Positions 1 to 7,400 of a DNA stretch of 19,460 bases are shown here, piece after piece (positions within the stretch are counted from its first letter, which is position 1; the number at the start of each line of letters is the position of its first letter). Location of the stretch: the IMG/VR virus record IMGVR_UViG_2693429706_000003; one strand, given 5' to 3'. The notes below the pieces were generated by a model, which saw only the letters and a program-made list of their open reading frames with translations, was not told the DNA's origin and ran no database searches. A program made the translations under genes and the position numbers. This DNA comes from a virus. Lineage: Duplodnaviria > Heunggongvirae > Uroviricota > Caudoviricetes.

Positions 1-573
1 ATGTTTTGCGAAGAAAAAGTAGCTCAAATGGCTGCATACCTACTTCTTAAGCGAGGTGGGCGCATGGCATATCTGAAATTGATGAAGTTGCTCTATCTGT
101 CTAACCGCCAGTCGATTTTGAAGCATGGCAGGATGATCGGCGAAGATAGCCTTTACTCTATGAAATTTGGACCAGTCATGTCGAATACGCTGAACTTGAT
201 TCGCGGTAAGGCTGAAGGCATTGGTGACTACTGGTACAACTTGATAGAGACGAACGGGCATAATGTATCGTTGCGTTCAGATCCGAGGGAAATGGATGCA
301 GACGAGGTCTTTGATGAATTGAGTCGTGCAGATATCCGGATTTTAGATGAAATCTATTCTCGGTATGGGCATATGAACCGATTTGATCTCGCAAATATGA
401 CGCATCTAGAAAGCGTTTGTCCAGAGTGGCACGATCCTGGCAATTCTCGTAAGCCTATAGACCTGAAAGAAATGCTGATCAGTGAGGGTAAAAGCGAGGA
501 TGAGGCTAATCGCATAATTGGCAAAATGGAAGAATCTCAGAAACTTAAGGAATTTTCTTTGCAATTATCATGA
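1..573 (+). CDS. Panacea (DUF4065)-domain protein, SocA/PanA-like putative antitoxin; the true start may lie upstream of the window
   Basis: 190-aa ORF starting at window base 1. N-terminal segment 'VAQMAAYLL..LKLMKLLYLSNRQ..MKFGPVMSNTL' fits the Panacea signature (KLxKLLY ... GPV) as I recall it. Low GC relative to the E. coli-like flank. Stop overlaps the next start (ATGA at 570-573). Confidence 0.55.
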   Translation: MFCEEKVAQMAAYLLLKRGGRMAYLKLMKLLYLSNRQSILKHGRMIGEDSLYSMKFGPVMSNTLNLIRGKAEGIGDYWYNLIETNGHNVSLRSDPREMDADEVFDELSRADIRILDEIYSRYGHMNRFDLANMTHLESVCPEWHDPGNSRKPIDLKEMLISEGKSEDEANRIIGKMEESQKLKEFSLQLS

Positions 574-989
574 CGGATTATCAGCCATACAGGAAAGGAA
601 CTGTGCTTGCCCCAACTGGGCCATGCAATCATCTTCATGTGATTTGTAATGATCCTGTTTATTACCCCGTTAACGATTGTTATTGTGTTTTAGTTGTTAA
701 TATTTCTAGTATCAAGGATGGTGTCCCCCACGATCCGTCTTGCGTCTTGAATTCTGGTGATCATCGCTTTATCAAGCATCCAAGTTATGTTGTTTACGCT
801 GAAGCTATAATTTGGCGAGTGGATAACATGGTTAGAAAGCAGCGATCGGGTGAGATTTCTGTTCATGATGATATGCCAGAAGCTACATTCAATAGAATTC
901 TGGACGGTTTTGATATCTCTGATGAAGTTACGCCAAAGAACCTTAAATTTAAAAATAAATATTGCGTATCATCTATTGATGATGAGTAA
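570..989 (+). CDS. hypothetical protein, putative toxin/effector partner of the Panacea-domain protein
   Basis: 139-aa ORF coupled to the upstream gene by an ATGA overlap. Visibly AT-rich. Cys/His-rich N-terminus ('GPCNHLHVICND...DCYC'), no obvious transmembrane segment, no family recognised. Confidence 0.45.
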   Translation: MTDYQPYRKGTVLAPTGPCNHLHVICNDPVYYPVNDCYCVLVVNISSIKDGVPHDPSCVLNSGDHRFIKHPSYVVYAEAIIWRVDNMVRKQRSGEISVHDDMPEATFNRILDGFDISDEVTPKNLKFKNKYCVSSIDDE

Positions 990-1028
990 ACAACAGGAAT
1001 TGTTTCGGTATAACTTCAGGAGTTTTCT

Positions 1029-1202
1029 ATGGAAGATCAAAAAGCAACCAAGCCACAGGTTAAGTTCGACACAATGAAAGCATTCGCAGGTATGGGTGCT
1101 GCTGTTGAAGTTCTGATGAAGGCTGCTCCTAATGCGTTCACTCACGCTACTGTCTCTGGTAAAGAGCAGCAGGGTAAGCTTCGTCGTCGCAAAGCAGCAT
1201 GA
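1029..1202 (+). CDS. small hypothetical protein (57 aa), below the ORF-track length cutoff
   Basis: ATG at 1029 preceded by AGGAG at 1017-1021. Encodes MEDQKATKPQVKFDTMKAFAGMGAAVEVLMKAAPNAFTHATVSGKEQQGKLRRRKAA. Codons are mostly E. coli-preferred (GGT, GCT, CGT, GTT, CTG, AAA, GAA). Stop at 1200-1202 is followed directly by an intrinsic terminator. Confidence 0.4.
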   Translation: MEDQKATKPQVKFDTMKAFAGMGAAVEVLMKAAPNAFTHATVSGKEQQGKLRRRKAA

Positions 1203-1221
1203 TCATAGCTGGTGCTTTTTG

Positions 1222-1250
1222 AAAACCCGCCTTTAGGCGGGTTTTTTATT
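1222..1250. terminator. rho-independent terminator at a convergent junction, probably bidirectional
   Basis: AACCCGCC (1224-1231) / GGCGGGTT (1236-1243) stem with TTTA loop, then a T6 run on the plus strand and an A-rich tract on the other side. Lies between the plus-strand cassette and the minus-strand PrtN-like gene. Confidence 0.7.
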
Positions 1251-1531
1251 TAGTGATGTTCTTTGCCCTTCTGTTTGCTTGTTCTGACCTGTTCCCACTC
1301 GATACGTCCTTCTTCTCGTCTTTTGTCTATGTATTCCGCAAGATCCTGAATATTGATGCAACGTTTTGCTTTTTGTGATGTGCCGATGCGATATGTTGGA
1401 ACGGGCAACTTACAAGCGTTTGCTTTTGCTTCTGCCGTGGCTGGACTCATGCCAAAGTACTTTTGGCTAACTGCTGAGAGTTCAATGTTAGGGGTATTGA
1501 ATTCAGCCATCAGTAAAAACAAGGTGTTCAT
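1250..1531 (-). CDS. PrtN-family (pyocin-activator-like) small DNA-binding protein, possible excisionase/regulator
   Basis: Motifs 'MNTLFLLMAEF', 'LPVPTYRIGTSQKA' and 'IQDLAEYIDKRR' recalled as typical of the PrtN family. Start chosen at ATG 1531 (GGAGAA SD 4 nt upstream) rather than the ORF-track start at 1558. Confidence 0.55.
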   Translation of the reverse strand: MNTLFLLMAEFNTPNIELSAVSQKYFGMSPATAEAKANACKLPVPTYRIGTSQKAKRCINIQDLAEYIDKRREEGRIEWEQVRTSKQKGKEHH

Positions 1532-1567
1532 AATTTTCTCCATCAAAACCGGCTGCACCCGGGAAAA

Positions 1568-2143
1568 TCATAATTCTGTGCTGGTGGCAGGAATTAATTT
1601 CTGCCAGATAGCGGAAACATATTTTGCCTGATGACGGGCATCAGCCATGGCGTTGTGCCGTTCGCCATCGAAAGGCATGTCCATTTTGGGGTCGAATCCG
1701 ATGGAACGCCCAAGCGTAACGATCGTGCGTACATCGTGGTCATTCCAGTATGCCCACGGACAGATTTGTCCTGCTCGCTCATAAGCTCCACGTAAAATTA
1801 CGTTGTCGAAGGTGGCTCCGTTACCCCAGACTTTTAAATATTTCGTATTGTCTGCGTGCCGGTTAATGAAATGATTTAGTTCTGAGAGAGCATCGCTGAT
1901 CGACAAAGTATCATCAATACAGATTGCAGCTCGTGCTTCAGGGCTTTGTTTCAACCACCACAGGATGGTATCGCCGTCAGGTGTAGCTCCTTGCCCCATA
2001 GCACTTTCCAGGCTAACAACCGTATAGAATTCTTGTCCGATGTCTCCGGTTTCTGGAGTGAAGAACACCGCGCCAATGGAAACGATCGGTGCATCCTTAT
2101 TTTTCCCCATCGTCTCAAGGTCGATCATTAAGTTGTTCATCAC
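1568..2143 (-). CDS. DnaQ-like DEDDh 3'-5' exonuclease (phage-type)
   Basis: 191 aa with Exo I 'IDLETMG', Exo II 'VWGNGATFDNVIL' and Exo III 'HNAMADARHQAKY' motifs. Start overlaps the stop of the upstream DUF551 gene. Confidence 0.8.
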   Translation of the reverse strand: MMNNLMIDLETMGKNKDAPIVSIGAVFFTPETGDIGQEFYTVVSLESAMGQGATPDGDTILWWLKQSPEARAAICIDDTLSISDALSELNHFINRHADNTKYLKVWGNGATFDNVILRGAYERAGQICPWAYWNDHDVRTIVTLGRSIGFDPKMDMPFDGERHNAMADARHQAKYVSAIWQKLIPATSTEL

Positions 2144-3027
2144 TTCACCTCCTGCGGCGGTTCTGGTAGCGGAATCCAGTGGGTTACCTCTTTGAGATAC
2201 AGGTCTTCGCCATCACCGTCAACCCAAGTGGGATCGCCATCATTAAACCAGTCGCCATATACGCCGACCTGAGTGTTGGGGATGTGTGGCGGGTAGTTGT
2301 TTTTAAAGTCAGCCGCTAACGCATAGCATTGTCGCTCTCCCATTTCTGGCATTCGATCACTACAGCTTATCCAACTATCCGGAGTTACCGGATAGTTGCG
2401 CATTGCGACCTTTAATGCCTCATAGAAGCAACCTTTCAGATTGTTGAACTGACGCCCATTAAGAGGACCGTGTTCAGTAAGCATGTTGCGTAATTTCCAT
2501 GCCGCGTCGTTTACTTCGTTGGATGACAGGGGAGGCAACTTGTAAGTTTGGCTTACAGGTTCGGCACCATGAAGCATGGCGCCGCTCCGCTCTATGCCAT
2601 CCAGCGCGATTCGCAGTGCCTGAATTGTGGTAGAGCTATCGTTTGGGGCTATTCCATATCGCTCGAATACAGCTAAATGGTTGCGCATAATCTCAGGCGT
2701 AAGCTCTTTGTAAGCATAAGCAAGAGGCTCTGATGCATTATCCGGCACAACCGACGCAGGCGCGGCAGCATAAACAGGAATAACGTCAGCTTGCTCTTTA
2801 TTGCTTTCATCAGTTAAAGCCCAGAATAATTTCCCGGCCGGATGTTTGAAAATATAAGCAACTGGATCTGCTTCCAGCGATGCCAGTGCAATTTTAAATG
2901 CGGTAAGTATGTTGTTAACCACACCTATTTCGAATGCTATTTCACTACATACAAACGATTTATCGTCTATTATCGACTCAATTCCGGTAATCGTGTTCTG
3001 TAACCATTCTTTGGTAAGAGTATTCAT
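2140..3027 (-). CDS. DUF551-domain phage protein
   Basis: 295 aa. C-terminal 'GDWFNDGDPTWVDGDG...THWIPLPEPP' resembles the DUF551 tail seen in lambdoid early-region proteins. ATGA overlap with the exonuclease gene. Confidence 0.55.
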   Translation of the reverse strand: MNTLTKEWLQNTITGIESIIDDKSFVCSEIAFEIGVVNNILTAFKIALASLEADPVAYIFKHPAGKLFWALTDESNKEQADVIPVYAAAPASVVPDNASEPLAYAYKELTPEIMRNHLAVFERYGIAPNDSSTTIQALRIALDGIERSGAMLHGAEPVSQTYKLPPLSSNEVNDAAWKLRNMLTEHGPLNGRQFNNLKGCFYEALKVAMRNYPVTPDSWISCSDRMPEMGERQCYALAADFKNNYPPHIPNTQVGVYGDWFNDGDPTWVDGDGEDLYLKEVTHWIPLPEPPQEVK

Positions 3028-3029
3028 AA

Positions 3030-3221
3030 CTATTTCACTTTAATCTCAATATTTCGCAGCTTTAGCTCTACTGGCAGGTCTGACTTTCCTGTTAACGCTA
3101 ATGCGAGATTTTCAGGAGTAATGAGAGCAGTTATTGTTTTCCCTATTGCCAGACGAATAATCATTCGTATCTCGCGATCGTCACATGCTCCCGGTCGAAC
3201 AATTGATATTTGTCCGATCAT
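3030..3221 (-). CDS. small hypothetical phage protein
   Basis: Start chosen at the internal ATG (MIGQISIV...) because AAGGAGAG sits 4-5 nt upstream. The ORF-track version extends to 3251. Confidence 0.4.
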   Translation of the reverse strand: MIGQISIVRPGACDDREIRMIIRLAIGKTITALITPENLALALTGKSDLPVELKLRNIEIKVK

Positions 3222-3222
3222 C

Positions 3223-3810
3223 TCACTCTCCTTTGATGCGAATGCCAGCAAGCCAGTTTCTTATGCCGATATATTCAGCGTTCCTGAAACCGCTTTTTAC
3301 ATATATAAATGGCAAGCGAAGATTGTGACCATTGGCTGCCAGGTAGTCTTTACAACCCTGTTCGGTGAAACAGCAGGTAACGAATTCATCAATATCTTTC
3401 ACAGCAACGCGCCGCCATTTTTCTGGTGGTTCCCGAAAGTTTTCATGAAGTAGTTCGAGACGACGACTTTGGAGTTTATTGGCTTCATTGCTATCTTCAT
3501 CAACCCAGACAATCCGGTCATAGTCATAATCAGCATCAACAACAATTTCGCGCTTTTGATACACACAAAACATAGGGTCTGACGTTATTCGATTATCCTG
3601 TGTTCGAATGTTTTCACCGATGATGCCAAACGAATCTGGCGTAGGTTTTGTCTGTAACTCTTCGATACGTTCAGCCAGCGCCGCGCACTTGGCCTCAGCT
3701 TCAGCAAATTTACGCACCAGGTACTCAGCGTTTGTTTCGTTCACTTTCAGATCTCGCGGTACACATTTCCCGCGAAGAAACCCTTCCATTTCGAAAACAT
3801 TCATGCGCAT
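3223..3810 (-). CDS. hypothetical early-left phage protein with N-terminal coiled coil (possibly Ead/Ea22-like)
   Basis: 195-aa ORF with 'AEAEAKCAALAERIEELQ' coiled-coil segment. Start region overlaps the stop of the HD-domain gene; the ATG at 3804 (MNVFEMEG) is the ATGA-coupled alternative. Confidence 0.5.
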   Translation of the reverse strand: MRMNVFEMEGFLRGKCVPRDLKVNETNAEYLVRKFAEAEAKCAALAERIEELQTKPTPDSFGIIGENIRTQDNRITSDPMFCVYQKREIVVDADYDYDRIVWVDEDSNEANKLQSRRLELLHENFREPPEKWRRVAVKDIDEFVTCCFTEQGCKDYLAANGHNLRLPFIYVKSGFRNAEYIGIRNWLAGIRIKGE

Positions 3811-4337
3811 TTGCGTAACCCCGATAACTCGTTAAAACGTTCCATAAACATCCCGTAGGCATGGCCTGGTGACAGTGGAATAACTTTGAACATCTCTGTC
3901 GCCGGGATACCTTCCAGTACAGGCCAGAAAGAACCATCATCAAGCCCGAGATCGCGGCGTTCGGTTGCCAGCATAATGAGATCGGCATATTTCACTGGCG
4001 TGCTCATAACAGGAGGTAACCCGTATTTCTCACGGATTACGGCGTCTATTTTTTCTTCCATCCGTTTATAGTCAGGAAGAAGGCGTTTCAGTGGTGCGGG
4101 GATGTCCTGACAATATGCTTCTGTTGCATCATGCATTAACGCTTCAAAAGCAAATTCCTGCGGTACCAGCTGGCTGCAAAGCACCGCATGTTGGGCGACG
4201 CTGTAGAAGTGTGAAAGATGTCCTGCAAAGCGACAGATATTTGAAAGGGAAACCGCGATATCGTTAATAACGATGTCGTCTTTATTTATCTTGTCATAAT
4301 AAAAATGCTTCCCGGAAAAAGTTTTAATAAATGACAT
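3801..4337 (-). CDS. yfdR: HD-domain phosphohydrolase (5'-deoxynucleotidase YfdR-like)
   Basis: HD motifs ('HLSHFYSVAQHAV', 'ALMHDATEAY'). Start at MSFIKTFSGK with GGAGAA SD, giving 178 aa, the length I recall for CPS-53 YfdR. N-terminal sequence matches my memory of YfdR. Confidence 0.7.
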   Translation of the reverse strand: MSFIKTFSGKHFYYDKINKDDIVINDIAVSLSNICRFAGHLSHFYSVAQHAVLCSQLVPQEFAFEALMHDATEAYCQDIPAPLKRLLPDYKRMEEKIDAVIREKYGLPPVMSTPVKYADLIMLATERRDLGLDDGSFWPVLEGIPATEMFKVIPLSPGHAYGMFMERFNELSGLRKCA

Positions 4338-4464
4338 TTTGTTCTCCACGTATATGCACTGCACCGCGCTGAATTCTGGTAAAAGGAAGCCCTCACCATT
4401 CGGTGATTATTGAGTTAATTACGTTTCCATAAATGCCCCCGCAGGGGCATTTGCAGTAATGAAA

Positions 4465-5289
4465 TCAGGCGGTGAAAGTACCAATAAAGGTTTCTACTTT
4501 GCTGTCTTTGAATTTCTCAACAAGCAGATCACGAAATTCGTTAGCCATTTCTTCCTGCACCGCTTCCAGCTGAATAATGCGCAGAACCAGTACAGGACGA
4601 TCGCCAGTGATAATGCTGAGGCGTAATTTAAATGGACGTTCTTTCAGGCCTTCAAACGGAACGCATTTAAATTCAAATGCCACTGGCATAATGTCTTTGG
4701 TCTTCGCTTCGACAGACTCCATCAGGGAGCGTTTGCCGCTGAAGTCATTATCTTCAAAATCAGCGGTCTGGTTCGCTTCAATTGTGATTTTACGGATCGC
4801 CGCAGCCGCTTTGGTTGCCTGAATGGTGTCACCATTAGCATCAAAGCCCACAAGGTAGTCGGCCCAGTCTTCAATCCATTCTGCCAGTGACTTCTGGGAG
4901 TTACGCTCGCCATTAACAGACAACAGAGCAGAGAACGGTGCTGTCTTTTTCAGTTTGAGAGTGGCAGTGTTATCTGCGTGACCTGGCTCATCAATAGTAC
5001 CCAGGTTAAGCACACTGACGGCACGCATATTATCGGCATCGATAAAGCAGCGGGTGCCTTCATCTGCAAGATCTTTAGAATAACGGGTAAAGTCATCGAT
5101 GCTGGCAGTGGAAAGCGCACCACGGAAACGGAAACGATTTAAATTAAATTTTTCCAGATCATGAATGCGGAAATTCTCAGGCAATGCCACAGCATCGGCA
5201 CCAATCTTACTGATGATTTCATTAACACCCTGAGCAGAAATAAGGGCATGGATTTGATTAATTGCGGTTGCGTCTAAGTTATGAGACAT
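4465..5289 (-). CDS. yfdQ: YfdQ-like protein (DUF2303), function unknown
   Basis: 274-aa ORF with GAGGA SD 7 nt upstream. Size and synteny (directly upstream of the yfdR-like gene) match CPS-53 yfdQ as I recall it. Confidence 0.6.
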   Translation of the reverse strand: MSHNLDATAINQIHALISAQGVNEIISKIGADAVALPENFRIHDLEKFNLNRFRFRGALSTASIDDFTRYSKDLADEGTRCFIDADNMRAVSVLNLGTIDEPGHADNTATLKLKKTAPFSALLSVNGERNSQKSLAEWIEDWADYLVGFDANGDTIQATKAAAAIRKITIEANQTADFEDNDFSGKRSLMESVEAKTKDIMPVAFEFKCVPFEGLKERPFKLRLSIITGDRPVLVLRIIQLEAVQEEMANEFRDLLVEKFKDSKVETFIGTFTA

Positions 5290-5354
5290 AATCAGTCCTC
5301 ACTATATAAAGATATTCAGTGATGAGATAAATAATCAGTTAATTAAGAACGATA

Positions 5355-5717
5355 TTAATGACCTGCTGCGCGTAGTTTTCCGTCAGGTTCACCGGCAAGA
5401 GTCAGTAATTGTCCCTGGTCTTCCTGCAGAATAGTCAGGCGACCACCGCGATTGACATACATCGGTGTTTCGGTGGTGTCTTCTTCGGAAATTTTCCCGC
5501 GGTTAGTCGGGCGAACATATGAGAGTTTGTGTTTGATTTTCACACGGTTCTCATCAAATGGTTCGATTTCCAGGTTGAGCGAGACCTTACCTTTGGTTTT
5601 CGTGTTCATCACACCGGAAGCGACTTCACTGAGAACTGCGCCGATTTTGGTTTCAAATACGCCGCCGTCCAGCTCCCCGATAAATGCCTGCACATCAGTA
5701 CTGCGTTCGCTAGCCAT
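5355..5717 (-). CDS. yfdP: YfdP-like hypothetical protein, first gene of the leftward operon
   Basis: Start chosen at ATG 5717 (MASERSTDV...) with GAGGAG SD 7 nt upstream, giving 120 aa. The ORF-track start at 5903 has no SD. Confidence 0.5.
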   Translation of the reverse strand: MASERSTDVQAFIGELDGGVFETKIGAVLSEVASGVMNTKTKGKVSLNLEIEPFDENRVKIKHKLSYVRPTNRGKISEEDTTETPMYVNRGGRLTILQEDQGQLLTLAGEPDGKLRAAGH

Positions 5718-5765
5718 TTTGCTGCTCCTCATCATATCGACCCTGCAAGGTCGGTTAGTTTCTCC

Positions 5766-5854
5766 ACAAAACAGAGAAGAACACCTGCGGTGGCAGCCGC
5801 CCGGATGGATTGGGTTATGAGCCCGTCGTCCGGTGATGCTCTTCTCTGTTTTGT
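5766..5854 (-). other. 15-bp perfect inverted repeat with a 59-nt GC-rich spacer; candidate structured cis-acting RNA in the early-left leader
   Basis: ACAAAACAGAGAAGA (5766-5780) is the exact reverse complement of TCTTCTCTGTTTTGT (5840-5854). The spacer holds further short complementary runs (CCGGA 5801-5805 / TCCGG 5829-5833). Confidence 0.4.
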
Positions 5855-6337
5855 AAAAAGAGCGGTACCAGCCGGAAGCAAGTGTACAAACTGGTACCGC
5901 CAAAGCAGTGGCTGTTGTGGTGACCGGTGCTGATCTCCGGCTTGCGGTTATTTCAGACTCTCACGGGCGTTTAATTGCCCCGCCGAACAGCTCTTTTCCG
6001 CAATAGCTGCAATGTCTTTCGCGCATCAGCCTGCGCATTCACCACAACGCTGAGAGCACTTAGCCAGTTACGGCACCACACTTTGTCGCGGTTCCATAAA
6101 TGCCCTCATCGTTGCACCCTGGTCTCTTCCCAGGCGTCAAACCGAATCGCCACGCTGGTTAGGCGTCTTATCAGCATCATCATTGACTTGCACATTCCGG
6201 CTACCTGGTTTGTTTGCTCGAGCAAGGAGTGGATTGTCCCCTTTAACGTCCCCAGACCGCTAACGACGCATGTGCCATACGCCGTGTTACAACCAAATTT
6301 AGTTTAATCTTGCCTGTGTTATGTTTCTTTTAGATAC

Positions 6338-6365
6338 ATTATGTATCTCAAGGGTACATTGTCAA
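6338..6365 (-). promoter_or_regulatory. candidate PL-like early-left promoter with an embedded operator
   Basis: Minus strand reads TTGACA (6365..6360), a 16-nt spacer, then CATAAT (6343..6338). Operator-like ATGTACC-N5-GATACAT lies inside the spacer (plus 6341..6359). Confidence 0.45.
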
Positions 6366-6368
6366 GTA

Positions 6369-6392
6369 TAAAAAAACCTGCCGAAGCAGGTT
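6369..6392 (-). terminator. intrinsic terminator downstream of the cI-like gene
   Basis: CCTGC (6377-6381) / GCAGG (6386-6390) stem with CGAA loop. The A8 run at 6369-6376 on the plus strand is the U-tract on the minus strand. It sits 12 nt past the cI stop. Confidence 0.5.
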
Positions 6393-6403
6393 ATAAATAT
6401 TGA

Positions 6404-7078
6404 TTAGGCCTTTATTTTGTATCTTCTTGGTTTTCCTGAGAAAATCACTGTACCAATTATAGAGCAATTACCGTTGATCTTAATGTAAGGTTCAGGCCAG
6501 TTTGGGTTTAATGCTTTGAGGTAACGCTGTGTTCCATCTTCTATCAACCGCTTGAAGGTGGTTTCGCCTGTATCGTGCATCAATGCAATAACGTCGTCAC
6601 CGTGGCAGGCAGGGACTTCAGGATCAACAAAAATCATGTCTCCCGGGCGGTACTCATCAATCATTGAATCACCAATCACCCGCAAGATATAAGTCATTTC
6701 GCCACAGGGTACAGGGCAGGGATAAGTTTCTGCTGTGCTCAAATCAACCTCAGAATAGCCAACTTCTTTCCATGCTCCGGCCTGTACCCATGATATGACA
6801 GGGACTAACGTTATTTGTTTGTTAGTAATTGAAACATCAGGTTTTTTTGTGATGTTTGTTGTCTGGTGTTCTTGATCAAGCCATCCGACAGGCAGGTCGA
6901 AACATTTTTCGATGTGCCGTGCCATGCTGTCACCGATATTTTTAGTAGCACCATCTCCCATAAACCTGCTGGTCTGGGTTGGCTCGCGATCAATCATGGT
7001 GGCAAAGGAAGAATTCCCGCCAACACCATCTCTCAGTTTTCTGGCGTTAGACCGCCGGATGTCATGGACTGTTTTCAT
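6404..7078 (-). CDS. cI: CI-like prophage repressor (N-terminal HTH plus C-terminal S24 LexA-type peptidase domain)
   Basis: 224 aa. C-terminal 'VIGDSM' nucleophile-Ser motif and downstream Lys ('TTFKRL') typical of the LexA/CI autocleavage domain. Divergent from the cro-like gene, with operators between them. Confidence 0.85.
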   Translation of the reverse strand: MKTVHDIRRSNARKLRDGVGGNSSFATMIDREPTQTSRFMGDGATKNIGDSMARHIEKCFDLPVGWLDQEHQTTNITKKPDVSITNKQITLVPVISWVQAGAWKEVGYSEVDLSTAETYPCPVPCGEMTYILRVIGDSMIDEYRPGDMIFVDPEVPACHGDDVIALMHDTGETTFKRLIEDGTQRYLKALNPNWPEPYIKINGNCSIIGTVIFSGKPRRYKIKA

Positions 7079-7094
7079 AACGAAATTAAAACCT

Positions 7095-7113
7095 TTGTAC
7101 CGATAGGGTACAA
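7095..7113. promoter_or_regulatory. operator palindrome, OR site nearest cI
   Basis: TTGTACC-GATAG-GGTACAA, 7-bp perfect inverted arms around a 5-bp spacer. Confidence 0.55.
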
Positions 7114-7144
7114 GTATCTTGAAGGTTCATCTCAATCATGTAAT

Positions 7145-7163
7145 ATGTATATCGGAGGTACAT
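7145..7163. promoter_or_regulatory. second operator-like site overlapping the cro SD and the candidate PR -10
   Basis: ATGTATA-TCGGA-GGTACAT, same half-site family and spacing as 7095..7113 and 6341..6359. Candidate PR: -35 TTGAAG (7119-7124), -10 TAATAT (7141-7146). Confidence 0.4.
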
Positions 7164-7168
7164 ATTGT

Positions 7169-7369
7169 ATGAAAGCGTATTGGGACTCTTTAACCAAAGA
7201 ACAGCAGGGCGAGTTGGCCGGAAAAGTTGGCTCAACACCAGGCTACTTACGGCTGGTTTTCAATGGTTATAAAAAAGCCAGTTTTGTGCTGGCTAAAAAA
7301 CTTGAGCAATGCACGTCAGGTGCAATTACGAAATCTGACTTAAGACCGGATATCTATCCGAAAGATTAA
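7169..7369 (+). CDS. cro: Cro-like HTH regulator
   Basis: 66-aa ORF with GGAGG upstream and an HTH-like segment 'QGELAGKVGSTPGYLRLVFNGYKK'. The ORF-track version from 6866 is antisense to cI and was rejected. Confidence 0.6.
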   Translation: MKAYWDSLTKEQQGELAGKVGSTPGYLRLVFNGYKKASFVLAKKLEQCTSGAITKSDLRPDIYPKD

Positions 7370-7400
7370 CAGAACACCTTCAATTTTTAACCACAGAACG

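Noticed and set aside
850-1077. 75-aa plus-strand ORF overlapping the end of the putative toxin gene
   Set aside because: Overlaps the coupled 570..989 gene in another frame and has no SD. The SD-preceded 57-aa ORF at 1029..1202 explains the downstream coding signal better.
5529-5933. 134-aa and 122-aa plus-strand ORFs overlapping the yfdP-like gene
   Set aside because: Antisense shadow ORFs of the minus-strand gene, which has an SD and a size matching a known protein.
5975-6307. 110-aa plus-strand ORF in the early-left leader
   Set aside because: No SD, Arg/Ser/Thr/Leu-rich low-complexity translation, antisense to the leftward transcript. Most likely a chance ORF in non-coding DNA.
5881-6340. 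Search for an N-like antiterminator gene on the minus strand between PL and the first leftward gene
   Set aside because: Hand-translation of all three minus-strand frames gave only peptides of 30 aa or fewer without SDs, and no arginine-rich motif. No gene is called.
6866-7369. 167-aa version of the cro ORF
   Set aside because: The 5' two-thirds is antisense to the cI coding sequence. The true cro-like start is the SD-preceded ATG at 7169.
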